Assembly (NCBI GenBank): GCA_016931255.1
Contig: JAFGFG010000001.1
Coordinates: forward strand, 30,961 to 94,960
Direction: 5' to 3'
Length of the DNA: 64,000 bases
Source: Candidatus Aenigmatarchaeota archaeon
Lineage (GTDB): Archaea > Aenigmatarchaeota > Aenigmatarchaeia > QMZP01 > JAFGSV01
Shown here: positions 45,934 to 54,777 of the stretch, piece by piece
Layout of the letters: every line of letters starts with the position of its first letter
Numbering within the stretch: position 1 is the stretch's first letter
Notes under the pieces: generated by a model
What the model was told of the DNA's origin: nothing
Databases searched by the model: none
The model's input: the letters and a program-made list of their open reading frames with translations, nothing else
Program-made: the position numbers and the translations under genes

Positions 45934-46499
45934 ACCCGAAGATAAAGCTCTTCTCGCTGGTTGCACTGTCGAGCATGATGATAATATTTCCGGAGCCTTT
46001 ATTCATAGCTGCTGCAGCTGTGCTGTCAGTTGCCTTTATTTTCATAAGGCGCGTTCATATGAGGTTCATGCCATGGCTGAAGCCCATTTTCATTGTTTTT
46101 CTGATGATAATAGCATTCCAGTCCATTGCTGTTTCAGGACTGATTTTCAGCCTGGAAGGTGCATATTTCGGCCTGCTGTTCTCCCTGAGGATTCTTGCTC
46201 TCATAAGCCTTGTTTTCCTTTTCGTGGAAACAACACCGGCCAGCGAGCTTTCCGGTGCATTCAGTTTCCTTCCCAGGGATATCTCCCAGATACTCATGCT
46301 TTCACTTTCAATGGTTCCGGGAGTGGCTGTTCTCGGAGAAAACATAATAAATTCCCAGAAAGCGAGGGGCATGAATTTCATGAATCCCAATATATTCAGG
46401 ACGTACTTTCCGGTGCTCGTTCCGTTGTTTGCTAAGACACTTTACAGGTCAGAGAAGATGTCACTGGCCATGCAGGCGCGCGGATATGGCAGCAGTTGA
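45930..46499 (+). CDS. ECF transporter transmembrane (T) component (EcfT/CbiQ-like)
   Basis: ATGA overlap with the ATPase stop. It is polytopic and has the C-terminal ARG...SLAMQARGY motif. Confidence 0.75.
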   Translation: MNPKIKLFSLVALSSMMIIFPEPLFIAAAAVLSVAFIFIRRVHMRFMPWLKPIFIVFLMIIAFQSIAVSGLIFSLEGAYFGLLFSLRILALISLVFLFVETTPASELSGAFSFLPRDISQILMLSLSMVPGVAVLGENIINSQKARGMNFMNPNIFRTYFPVLVPLFAKTLYRSEKMSLAMQARGYGSS

Positions 46500-46556
46500 T
46501 GACCGGAGGACGCGAACCGGAACAACTTCATTTTAATGCTGAAACCCAATATCAAC

Positions 46557-46859
46557 ATGGAAGAAAAATTCTGCTACAAGGAACACCGGTCAGGAGTTGA
46601 AGTGACACTCGCTGTCTGCGACAGTGAGATTTCAGGCAGTGTCCTGAAATTCGGCGATGTTGATTTCGAAGTAAGCAAAGACTTCTACGGGAATGATGCT
46701 ACAGACGCCGGCCATATACTTGAGCTCGTCGAGAGGGCGAAGATAGTCAATGCTGTTGGAAAAAATATCATAAAGCTGCTCGAAAGCAACGGGCTCGTGC
46801 ACAGTAACTCGGTACTAATGATAGACGGCGTCCCGCATGTCCAGATAATAAACAGCTAG
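46557..46859 (+). CDS. DUF424-like protein
   Basis: VTLAVCDSEISG...FYGND...IVNAVGKNII...IDGVPHVQI matches my recollection of the archaeal DUF424 pattern. Confidence 0.5.
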   Translation: MEEKFCYKEHRSGVEVTLAVCDSEISGSVLKFGDVDFEVSKDFYGNDATDAGHILELVERAKIVNAVGKNIIKLLESNGLVHSNSVLMIDGVPHVQIINS

Positions 46860-47080
46860 AATCCTGTGTAGTATTTCTTAAGATTTCCCTGATCGTCCGA
46901 TATGACACCGGACCGTGCTCCTGATGCGGATGATCTTGGGTGGTCATTGACAATCCCTATACGGGAAGGATAAGCATGGTCGCTCCTGTCACCGTGAGAG
47001 AACTCGTCTTCAGGAATGTATATCGTCATGAACGGGTTGTTTCCGGGTATGATTACTCTTCTGGAATTCTCAGGTTCCAT
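46856..47080 (-). CDS. hypothetical protein
   Basis: 74-aa ORF directly downstream of rad50. Confidence 0.35.
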   Translation of the reverse strand: MEPENSRRVIIPGNNPFMTIYIPEDEFSHGDRSDHAYPSRIGIVNDHPRSSASGARSGVISDDQGNLKKYYTGF

Positions 47081-47103
47081 GATAATACTTGACAGCGAAA
47101 GAA

Positions 47104-49089
47104 TTAATATGAAGCCTCTGCAGATGAGACGCCTTTAGATTTTTTTACTGTTGTTATGCTGTCTGCCGCATCCTCCATTGCAGTGTCATGCGTCACCACT
47201 ATCATCTGCGGGAGGACGCTGGTCTTTCTGAGAACTTCTATCAGGTCCTGCCTCCTCTGCTCGTCCAGGAATATAGTCGGTTCGTCAAGCATGACTGTCT
47301 CTGCACTTGTCCCTGCAAGCGTCCTTGCTATACCGAGCCTCAGCGCGAGTGCTGCTGCAACACGCTCTCCCCCGCTTATCATATCGGATGTCGTCTTCCC
47401 TCCGGGTCCGTAAAGCGTTATGTCGTAATCATCTGACAGTGAAATATCCGAATATTCGAAGTTGAACTCCCTGAAGAATTCCTGTATGTGCTTCTCTATC
47501 ACAGGCACCGAGCGTTTCCTGAGCTCCAGCTGAAGTCCTGACTTATCGAACAGCGACCTTATCTCATTCAGTATCCCTATGAACTCCACAAGACTGCTGT
47601 GCTCTTCCTTCCTTCTCGTGAGCAGTTCCATGTCCTTCTTAAGGCTGTTTTCAGTGTTCTCAAGCCCCTGAAGATTTCCTTCCTGCTTTCCGTATGCCTC
47701 CCTGAGCGCTGATACCTCTGACCTGAGTTCTTCCGAAGATTTCCTGATGGCAGCTGCGTCTTTTCCCGCGTTCTCAAGCCCTGATATCTTCTTTTCCAGC
47801 AACGCAAGCCCTGCTTTCAGTTCATTGATTTTCCCGGTGGATTCTTTCAATGAACCAAGGAACACATCTTTCCGGGAGAGTGTTATCCTCAGCTCATTAA
47901 GCCTCTTCTCCCTCGCCTCGTTCTTCAGCGCATCCGCTTTCAGTTTATCCATCTTCCCTGTCAGAGATGACCTCTCACAGGAATTCACATCAAGCTGCTT
48001 CTTTATGGCAGATGACTTCTCACGCTTTTCAGCGGACATCTTCCTCAGGTGTTCTTCATCGAGTGCGGAGCCGCACATGGGACATGTCTTCTTCTCAGCG
48101 AGGTCTTCTGCGCTGAACTCTTCCAGTTCTTCAAGCCTGCTCCTAAGTGAGCCTTCTGACACGTCGAGCCTGCTGAGCGATTTAGATATCTCAGCTGCTT
48201 TTCTTTCATGATCATTCTTCCAGCTTTCAGGGAAATTCTTCGAGATGGATGATTCCTCCTTCTCAGCTGCTGCAATGGAATCCAGATGCATCCTGCTGTC
48301 TGACATGCGCTGGCTCTCTGCATTAAGCCTTGACGCAATGTCCTCCTTTCTCACCATGAGGCCGTGGTAGGTCGTCTCATCAGCGGAAAGCCTAAGCAAG
48401 CCTGCCTCGGCCTTCTTCAGCTTCTCCCCGGTTGCTGAGATGCTTTTCTGTGTCTTCTTCATTCGTTCCCTGACTTCTTCAATGCCTGATTTTGCTTCCT
48501 CAAGCCGTTTCTCTGTCTCGCCTGACCTCATTATCTCTCCCTCTGCGAGTGTTTTCCTTTCCCTGTATATTTCTGTCAGTGAACGCATGCCTTCCCATAC
48601 CTTCTCAACAGACTCTATACCAAGAAGCCTTCCTATGATCTGCTTCTTTCTTGACGGTGTTTCCGTGAGCAGTTTCTCTATTTCCCCCTGCCTGACATAT
48701 ATGGCATTCATGAAGATGTGCCTGTCTATGCCCAGTATGGATGATATCTCTTCATCCACCCCGCTGTCGCCTGACCTCATCTCCTTCTCTGTGCCGTCAA
48801 TGATAAACAGATTCGAGTCCGTTGCGTTCTTAGTTCTCTTCCTGATGACCCTGTATGCCTTCCCGTGGCTCGTGAACACAACGCTGACTGACATCTCCTT
48901 CTGCCCCCTCCTGACAAGGTCTTCAAGGTTTCCGGAATACTCCTTGAAAAGCGCGAATGATATGGCTTCGAATATGCTGGTCTTTCCTGCGCCGTTCTGC
49001 CCGAGTATGACATTTATTCCCGGCCCGAATTTCACTTCCGTATCTGCGTGCGATTTGAAATTCCGGAGCCTCACCGAATTTATTATCAT
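47104..49089 (-). CDS. rad50: DNA double-strand break repair ATPase Rad50 (short form)
   Basis: 661 aa with Walker A GQNGAGKTS and a coiled coil carrying the zinc hook CPMCGS. It also has the signature SGGERVAAALALRLG and Walker B VMLDEPT. Confidence 0.9.
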   Translation of the reverse strand: MIINSVRLRNFKSHADTEVKFGPGINVILGQNGAGKTSIFEAISFALFKEYSGNLEDLVRRGQKEMSVSVVFTSHGKAYRVIRKRTKNATDSNLFIIDGTEKEMRSGDSGVDEEISSILGIDRHIFMNAIYVRQGEIEKLLTETPSRKKQIIGRLLGIESVEKVWEGMRSLTEIYRERKTLAEGEIMRSGETEKRLEEAKSGIEEVRERMKKTQKSISATGEKLKKAEAGLLRLSADETTYHGLMVRKEDIASRLNAESQRMSDSRMHLDSIAAAEKEESSISKNFPESWKNDHERKAAEISKSLSRLDVSEGSLRSRLEELEEFSAEDLAEKKTCPMCGSALDEEHLRKMSAEKREKSSAIKKQLDVNSCERSSLTGKMDKLKADALKNEAREKRLNELRITLSRKDVFLGSLKESTGKINELKAGLALLEKKISGLENAGKDAAAIRKSSEELRSEVSALREAYGKQEGNLQGLENTENSLKKDMELLTRRKEEHSSLVEFIGILNEIRSLFDKSGLQLELRKRSVPVIEKHIQEFFREFNFEYSDISLSDDYDITLYGPGGKTTSDMISGGERVAAALALRLGIARTLAGTSAETVMLDEPTIFLDEQRRQDLIEVLRKTSVLPQMIVVTHDTAMEDAADSITTVKKSKGVSSAEASY

Positions 49090-50225
49090 TTATTGCCTCC
49101 AAGCCTGCTGAGGAACTTCTCGGATTCCTCTATTGCAGCTTCTGTATTCCCTTCGGAGAGCATCCTGAAAATCGCTGATGCCAGCCTTGATTTTTCGTTC
49201 TTCCCCAGTATCTCGTCTATTATATCATCTATCTGGTTCGGACTGAATGAACGCTCTACTTTAAGGCCTTTGACAGTCTCTGCTGAATAGTTCATCCTTA
49301 ATGTGAGAACAGCGCCTGAAAGTTTCTCCTGGAGGATGTCATGGACTGCAGATTTCTCCAATGATCCTTCCTTCACATCGAGATACAGCATGGGCTTCCT
49401 GCTGAGCTGGCTGAGCCTTCCGAGAAGCTCTTCCGTAAACTTTTCAAGCGATCCTGAATCAGCCTTCTCCCTTAATATCTCCCTTTCAAGCGGTATGTCA
49501 ACATTCTGGACCGACGGTTCGTCCCCGTGCATGTCAACCAGCGTGAATCCCTTGCCTCTCCTCTTGTAATCGTCTATCTCATTCGCGCTCCATAGGTCTG
49601 CTGAGCCGGGATATACCAGCTTCCCCAGGCCGAAGTTCTCGGTTATGCGCGCGTGGATATGCCCCATCGCGTAGTAGCTGAAATTATTCGGGATGTCATC
49701 CATGCTTATCTCGTAGCCGTTCTTGAGATGCCTGTCTGTTCCCTGGTGCATCATCAGGATGGATTTCTTTTTGCCTGCTTTCTGCGAAACTATCTTCAGT
49801 TGCTCCTTCAGCATGGAATCCTGATGCTTCGGATAGTAAGGCACACCTCCGATGAAAAGGTCACTGTGCATGACGAACGGGTCTTCCTCAGTCAGGAGGC
49901 GAACGCCCATGTCCCTGAAAAGTACCTGAGGGGGCAGCGAGCCGCGCCTGAAGAGCATGTCATGGTTTCCTGTTATTGCATAAACCGGTATTCCCTTTTC
50001 CCTGAGCTTCGCGAAGCATCTCTGCGCCACCCAGAGCGCCCTTGGCGGAGGCTTGGGGACATCGAAGAGGTCTCCTGTATGCAGGACAAAGTCCGGTCGC
50101 TCCTCTATTATCTTCCTTACGGCGTTCTCGAATGCCCTGTAGAAATCCGTCTCCCTTTCATATATTCCGTACTGCCTGAAGCCGAGATGCGTGTCCGAAA
50201 AATGTACGAATTTCATGGTAAACAC
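49086..50225 (-). CDS. mre11: DNA double-strand break repair nuclease Mre11
   Basis: 379 aa with phosphoesterase motifs HFSDTHLG, HTGDLFD, GNHD and GHIH. It overlaps the rad50 start. Confidence 0.9.
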   Translation of the reverse strand: MFTMKFVHFSDTHLGFRQYGIYERETDFYRAFENAVRKIIEERPDFVLHTGDLFDVPKPPPRALWVAQRCFAKLREKGIPVYAITGNHDMLFRRGSLPPQVLFRDMGVRLLTEEDPFVMHSDLFIGGVPYYPKHQDSMLKEQLKIVSQKAGKKKSILMMHQGTDRHLKNGYEISMDDIPNNFSYYAMGHIHARITENFGLGKLVYPGSADLWSANEIDDYKRRGKGFTLVDMHGDEPSVQNVDIPLEREILREKADSGSLEKFTEELLGRLSQLSRKPMLYLDVKEGSLEKSAVHDILQEKLSGAVLTLRMNYSAETVKGLKVERSFSPNQIDDIIDEILGKNEKSRLASAIFRMLSEGNTEAAIEESEKFLSRLGGNK

Positions 50226-50282
50226 CGGAGTGTATTCATTTTGGATGCTGGATTTAATAATGACTGGGGGATAATTATTGTT

Positions 50283-50675
50283 ATGAAATTCGACCTCACC
50301 GTCATTATCGTGATCGTGCTGGCAGCTGTGGTATTCGCTGTCCCCGCCGGACTTTACGCGATGGAACAGCTTAAGGACAAGACACCTGTGATAACAGACT
50401 ACTGCAACGCCAGGGGATTCCTTGAGGTATACCCGTGCATAGACGGCTCGTTTCAGGCAATAAGGGAATCCTATTCAGAGGGGTTCAGAATAGTAAATCC
50501 GGATGGCACGGGATTCGACTGCCCGTTCACTCTTCCGCAGTATCAGGTTGGCGAATGCGCAGAATACACCACAGTGGGCATGTGCGGCTACATGGGAGAC
50601 ATATGCGCGAATGACAATGCATGCGTGTCAGACCTTGACTGCGCAGGAGAATGCATGAACTGGACGTGCGGTTAG
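50283..50675 (+). CDS. membrane-anchored Cys-rich extracytoplasmic protein
   Basis: The start is MKFDLTVIIVIVLAAVVFAV and the mature part has 12 Cys. The upstream part of ORF 49653..50675 is antisense to mre11. Confidence 0.5.
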   Translation: MKFDLTVIIVIVLAAVVFAVPAGLYAMEQLKDKTPVITDYCNARGFLEVYPCIDGSFQAIRESYSEGFRIVNPDGTGFDCPFTLPQYQVGECAEYTTVGMCGYMGDICANDNACVSDLDCAGECMNWTCG

Positions 50676-51211
50676 TTTAGCTTGGACTCGCCTCTGTCAA
50701 GTGCTGATGCCATTTCCGGATTGGTATTGCCGTTTTCAGAATCCCGTATTTTTTTCCTGTATTCGTTTGGGTCGAATCCCCTCATTTTCTGGATGCCGGC
50801 GCAGACAGTCTCGAAAAGCTTTGCCCCGATTGAATGGTCGGCATTCGCTGAAGCGTCTTTTTCTTTGCATTCGACACCGAGATCGAATGCTTTTTTTTCG
50901 AAATCACCGATGTAAATACTCACCTTGCTTTCAAGTATCATGTTTTCATCATCAGTGCCGTTGAAATATGACTTGTCTTCTCCGTTCGTAAACGGTATCT
51001 GGAAGCGCCCGAAACCGAAATTCCTGATGAGCGTGTTGTCAAGCCCCTTTTTACCCAGCTCACGCATCCTGTCGTCACCGTTGAATTCCATGTCAATCGC
51101 GTTGTATGCGCGGAAGAATGACTCGACATATGAATTGATGTCAACATCTGAAAAAGTTGTGCTTCTGGGCATGCTGTATTTTCCCATAACAATTATATGT
51201 CCGAAAAACAT
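50672..51211 (-). CDS. hypothetical protein
   Basis: 179-aa ORF. Confidence 0.45.
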   Translation of the reverse strand: MFFGHIIVMGKYSMPRSTTFSDVDINSYVESFFRAYNAIDMEFNGDDRMRELGKKGLDNTLIRNFGFGRFQIPFTNGEDKSYFNGTDDENMILESKVSIYIGDFEKKAFDLGVECKEKDASANADHSIGAKLFETVCAGIQKMRGFDPNEYRKKIRDSENGNTNPEMASALDRGESKLN

Positions 51212-51274
51212 TTAAGGAGATATAAAGATGATTCTTGCGCTCAATGTTAAATTACTTTCTGTTAAAAAGATATC

Positions 51275-51781
51275 ATGAAGGCAAACATTGTCAACATGCA
51301 ATTCTATGCGCTCCTTTTCGCGGTGCCGCTCGTCATAGGCAACAGCATAAGCTCTGATATCAGGCAGAGGGACGCCGAGGAAACGGGAATACCTGATGCG
51401 CATGAGATTGCCTACCCGAAGCTCGATTCACATGCGGTGTCTCCTGAAGACATACCGAAACGATTCCACGGATATATTGAGCTGATGGATGTCGATTCAG
51501 ATGGTGACTTCGAAAGCTTCTACGTCTGGAAGAACCCAGACGGCCGCAATGTCAGGCTCCCTCTCATCAAGAACGGGAACAGCATGGCCTTTCCGACGGT
51601 TTCAAAGCGCTCGCTCACGCCAATCGAGATACCCAGAGGATTAGAGAAAAGCACGTATTTCATGGACATCGACATGGACGGGGACAATGACGCTGTCCTC
51701 ATTGAATACGGAAGCAACGGAGCTGTTGTATTTCCCCTTACAAAGAAGGGCGATGAGCCTCCTAGAACCTACATGATATGA
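51275..51781 (+). CDS. secreted protein with two DxDxDG calcium-binding-like motifs
   Basis: 168 aa with a signal-like N-terminus. It has DVDSDGDFE and DIDMDGDNDAV. Confidence 0.5.
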   Translation: MKANIVNMQFYALLFAVPLVIGNSISSDIRQRDAEETGIPDAHEIAYPKLDSHAVSPEDIPKRFHGYIELMDVDSDGDFESFYVWKNPDGRNVRLPLIKNGNSMAFPTVSKRSLTPIEIPRGLEKSTYFMDIDMDGDNDAVLIEYGSNGAVVFPLTKKGDEPPRTYMI

Positions 51782-51816
51782 TTTCTCAGTCCGCAATGCC
51801 TGAAAGCTTTTAAGGA

Positions 51817-51838
51817 ATAATGAACATATGTCCATTAT
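51817..51838. promoter_or_regulatory. 22-bp palindrome (1 mismatch) abutting the DUF134 start codon, candidate operator
   Basis: ATAATGAACAT|ATGTCCATTAT. It is near-identical to the site at 53542..53563. Confidence 0.5.
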
Positions 51839-52288
51839 ATGGCAAGACCCAAAAAAACGAGGATGATTCACAGCGAACCCGAGATAACATACTTCAAGCC
51901 GGCAAGGGTAGCCCTCAGGGACCTTCGCGAGAATTCCCTCACACTGGAAGAAATCGAGGCAGTCAGGCTGAAGGACCTCGACGGTCTCGACCAGGAGGAA
52001 TGCGCGAAAAGGATGAATGTCTCCAGAACAACGTTTCACAGGGTTCTCGGATTGTCAAGAAAGAAGATCGCTGATGCCCTTCTGAACGGAAAGGCTCTCA
52101 GGATAGGCGGAGGCGACTACATGCTCGGAAGGGGAGAGAAGGGCGGCAGGGGATTCGGTCCCGGAGGCGAATGCGTCTGCCCCGAATGCGGTCGGAAGGT
52201 TCCCCATGACAGGGGCATTCCTTGTTTCGAGTACAAATGTCCTGACTGCGGCACACAGATGACGAGGACTTCTCCGGATAAAGGATGA
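51839..52288 (+). CDS. DUF134 (UPF0251) DNA-binding protein with C-terminal zinc ribbon
   Basis: 149 aa with MARPKKTRMI...YFKP and LTLEEIEAVRLKDLDGLDQEECAKRMNVSRTTFHRVL (sigma-70 r4-like HTH). The zinc ribbon is CPECG...CPDCG. Confidence 0.8.
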   Translation: MARPKKTRMIHSEPEITYFKPARVALRDLRENSLTLEEIEAVRLKDLDGLDQEECAKRMNVSRTTFHRVLGLSRKKIADALLNGKALRIGGGDYMLGRGEKGGRGFGPGGECVCPECGRKVPHDRGIPCFEYKCPDCGTQMTRTSPDKG

Positions 52289-52716
52289 CAGCCATGAACA
52301 ATGAAGTGACTGATGCTTTCGGGAAGTCCGGAAAATCACTCTGCAACAGCCTTCCTGTACTTGCAGGGGCTGTGCTTCTCGTAGGACTCGCCAGCTCACT
52401 TGTGCCCCATACATTCTACAGCAGCATCTTCAGCCATAATCCGCTGATAGACTCCCTTATAGGAAGCACTGCAGGAAGTTTCCTTGCGGGAAATCCTCTG
52501 ACCAGCTATGTTCTCGGGGGCGAGATGCTCAGCCAGGGCGTAAGCCTTCTTGCAGTCACGTCTTTCCTTGTCGCGTGGGTTACGGTTGGGATGGTGCAGC
52601 TTCCTGCTGAATCCATACTTCTTGGACGGAGGTTTGCTGTCCTGAGGAACATTCTGAGCTTTGTGTTCTCCATCCTTGTTGCATTCACGACTGTTTACAT
52701 AACGGGGTTGTTATGA
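52285..52716 (+). CDS. predicted permease, first half
   Basis: 143 aa, polytopic, with an ATGA overlap upstream. It overlaps the next half-permease gene by 4 nt. Confidence 0.5.
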   Translation: MTAMNNEVTDAFGKSGKSLCNSLPVLAGAVLLVGLASSLVPHTFYSSIFSHNPLIDSLIGSTAGSFLAGNPLTSYVLGGEMLSQGVSLLAVTSFLVAWVTVGMVQLPAESILLGRRFAVLRNILSFVFSILVAFTTVYITGLL

Positions 52717-53219
52717 TGGGCGAAAACAGCCACAAAAGCGTGTATTTCCTTATTTCTGTTGTTGCACTTTATTTTCTGACAGCTGTATTCAGGTGGGATG
52801 CGGTTGTGCAATCTCTCGTCTTCTCCTATAACATCGCGCTCAATGTGATTCCTGTATTCGCAGCCATCTTCCTTATAATGGCCGGGTTCAATTACTTCAT
52901 ATCGCCGCAGAGCGTGAAGAAGCACATAGGGCGTTCATCAGGCATCAGGAGATGGGTTTTCGCTGTTGCCGGAGGCATAATATCCACAGGCCCGATTTAC
53001 ATGTGGTATCCAATGCTCAAGGACCTGAAGAAGCACGGGGTCAGCTACGGTTTCATCGCAGCATTCCTGTACAACAGGGCAGTCAAGATACCCCTCCTGC
53101 CTCTTATAATAGTCTATTTTGGCCTGAAATACACGATTGTGCTCACAGCCGTGATGATTGCAGCTTCCCTTGCGCAGGGCATCATTTTTGAAGCACTTGA
53201 AGGAGGTGAATTCATATGA
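52713..53219 (+). CDS. predicted permease, second half
   Basis: 168 aa, polytopic, and translationally coupled on both sides. Confidence 0.5.
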   Translation: MMGENSHKSVYFLISVVALYFLTAVFRWDAVVQSLVFSYNIALNVIPVFAAIFLIMAGFNYFISPQSVKKHIGRSSGIRRWVFAVAGGIISTGPIYMWYPMLKDLKKHGVSYGFIAAFLYNRAVKIPLLPLIIVYFGLKYTIVLTAVMIAASLAQGIIFEALEGGEFI

Positions 53220-53524
53220 TAAAAGCTGTCTGCTCAAAAGGAAAGGACATAACATCGGAAGTCAGCGAAGTCGGCGCAAGGGCTGCTTATTTCCTGATAT
53301 TCGACGACAAAAAGCTCGTCAATGCCATAAAGAACCCGTTCAGCTCAGGAGGTGGAGGTGCTGGTTACAGCGCTGCTGAGATGCTTTCTGACGAAGGGGT
53401 GAAGATGGTCATCAGCGGAAAAGTCGGACCGAATATGGTCACTGCGCTGAAGGACAAAGGCATGACGTACAGAGAGGTCCATGGAGTCAGTGCTGAAAAA
53501 GCTGCAGAAATACTATTAGACTGA
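53216..53524 (+). CDS. NifX/NifB-C-terminal-domain-like (dinitrogenase FeMo-cofactor-binding family) protein 1
   Basis: 102 aa with YFLIFDDKK...GGGGAGYSAAEMLSDEGVKMVISGKVGPNMVTALKDKG. Confidence 0.7.
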   Translation: MIKAVCSKGKDITSEVSEVGARAAYFLIFDDKKLVNAIKNPFSSGGGGAGYSAAEMLSDEGVKMVISGKVGPNMVTALKDKGMTYREVHGVSAEKAAEILLD

Positions 53525-53541
53525 TGGAAGTTTTATAAACT

Positions 53542-53563
53542 ATTATGAACATATGTTCATTAT
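53542..53563. promoter_or_regulatory. 22-bp palindrome (perfect 16-bp core), candidate operator copy 2
   Basis: ATTATGAACAT|ATGTTCATTAT lies 25 nt upstream of the DUF5320 ATG. It sits exactly at the G+C break. Confidence 0.5.
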
Positions 53564-53588
53564 GTTTAATGTAAAGGGGGTGTAAATT

Positions 53589-53912
53589 ATGCCAGGAGGA
53601 AATGGAACAGGTCCAGCAGGAATGGGCCGAATGACAGGAAGAGGAATGGGTTACTGCAATGGTTTTCAGGCTCCGGGATTCGCTAGTGCGGGTTTTGGAA
53701 GAGGCCGGGGAAACAGATTTTGGGCAAGAAACACAGGACTTCCGGGATGGCAAAGAGCCAATGATTACCAAGCATATCCCGTAGTACAGCCAACAAAAGA
53801 ACAGGAAATTCAGTACCTTGAAGAAGAAAAAGAAATGCTAAAACAGGAACTTGAGTCAATCAAGCAGAGTATAAAATCAATAGAAAGCAAAATGATGGAA
53901 ATCAAAAAATAA
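53589..53912 (+). CDS. DUF5320-like protein (Gly/Arg/Met-rich N-terminus plus coiled coil)
   Basis: 107 aa with MPGGNGTGPAGMGRMTGRGMGYCNG, then the coiled coil EQEIQYLEEEKEMLKQELESIKQSIKSIESK. Confidence 0.7.
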   Translation: MPGGNGTGPAGMGRMTGRGMGYCNGFQAPGFASAGFGRGRGNRFWARNTGLPGWQRANDYQAYPVVQPTKEQEIQYLEEEKEMLKQELESIKQSIKSIESKMMEIKK

Positions 53913-53929
53913 GAGAAAGGGGTAGTAAC

Positions 53930-54388
53930 ATGAAGATAGCAGTAAGTTCGACAGGTCAGGGACTAAAAAGCCAGTCAAGTCAGGTTTTCGGAAGATGTCC
54001 TTGGTTTGTCATAGTAGAAACCGACGGAAAGAAGATAATAGCTCATAAGGATGTTCAGAATAATGCAGCGATACAGGCTGCCGGTGCAGGAATAGCATCA
54101 GCGCAGTTAGTAGGAAATGAAGGTGCTACAGTCGTCATATCAGGCGCTGTTGGTCCCAGAGCATTCAGCGTTTTTCAGCAAGTCGGAATAGAAGCCTATC
54201 TGGGAACCGGAGGAACCGTTGAAGAGAATGTAATGCTTTTCATTAGCGGAAAACTTTCCAAAATAAACACTCCGGGAGTGATGGGCACAGGAATGGGAGG
54301 AGGCTTTAATTCTGGTACAGGCCGAGGCATGGGATTAGGCCGAGGCGGAGGATTTGGAGCAGGAAGAGGAATGGGGAGACGGCAATAA
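53930..54388 (+). CDS. NifX-like protein 2 with Gly/Arg/Met-rich C-terminal tail
   Basis: 152 aa with MKIAVSSTG...VFGRCPWFVIVE...GATVVISGAVGPRAFSVFQQVGIEAY. The tail is GTGMGGGFNSGTGRGMGLGRGGGFGAGRGMGRRQ. Confidence 0.8.
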   Translation: MKIAVSSTGQGLKSQSSQVFGRCPWFVIVETDGKKIIAHKDVQNNAAIQAAGAGIASAQLVGNEGATVVISGAVGPRAFSVFQQVGIEAYLGTGGTVEENVMLFISGKLSKINTPGVMGTGMGGGFNSGTGRGMGLGRGGGFGAGRGMGRRQ

Positions 54389-54413
54389 TCTGCATCCATA
54401 AGGATTGATATGA

Positions 54414-54743
54414 ATGAAAATTGCAATACCACTAGTAGAAAATAATGGAATAGAATCAAGGATACATCCGCATTTCGGTCACATCCAGTTCATAGGTGTT
54501 TACAATTCATCGGACAAAAAATTTGAGATAGTTGATGTAAAACCCACTGATGGATGTTCTCCTGTAGCAGCAATTGAAAATCTCAAGGTAGATGCCATAT
54601 ACACATTCGGTATGGGCAGCAGGGCTATCGAACTTTGCAAAAGAATGAAAATAAAACTCAAAACAGGCACATTCACAACAGTTAAAGAAGTCTCTGAAAA
54701 TCTCGATAAACTGAACGACCTTGAAGAAAGTTGCGGACACTGA
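54414..54743 (+). CDS. NifX-like protein 3
   Basis: 109 aa with MKIAIPLVEN...HFGHIQFIGVY...VDAIYTFGMGSRAIELCKRMKI. Confidence 0.65.
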   Translation: MKIAIPLVENNGIESRIHPHFGHIQFIGVYNSSDKKFEIVDVKPTDGCSPVAAIENLKVDAIYTFGMGSRAIELCKRMKIKLKTGTFTTVKEVSENLDKLNDLEESCGH

Positions 54744-54777
54744 AATTATCCATATACGGAAATGCAGTAAAATGTGT

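Noticed and set aside
49653-50282. The N-terminal 210 codons of the 340-aa plus-strand ORF 49653..50675.
   Set aside because: This part is antisense to mre11. Only the segment from the Met at 50283 has coding-like features (a TM helix followed by a Cys-rich domain).
50769-50780. GGGTCGAATCCC, which resembles a tRNA T-loop/T-arm.
   Set aside because: The flanking bases form only a 3-bp T-stem, and no acceptor or anticodon arms can be drawn. The site lies inside the 50672..51211 coding region.
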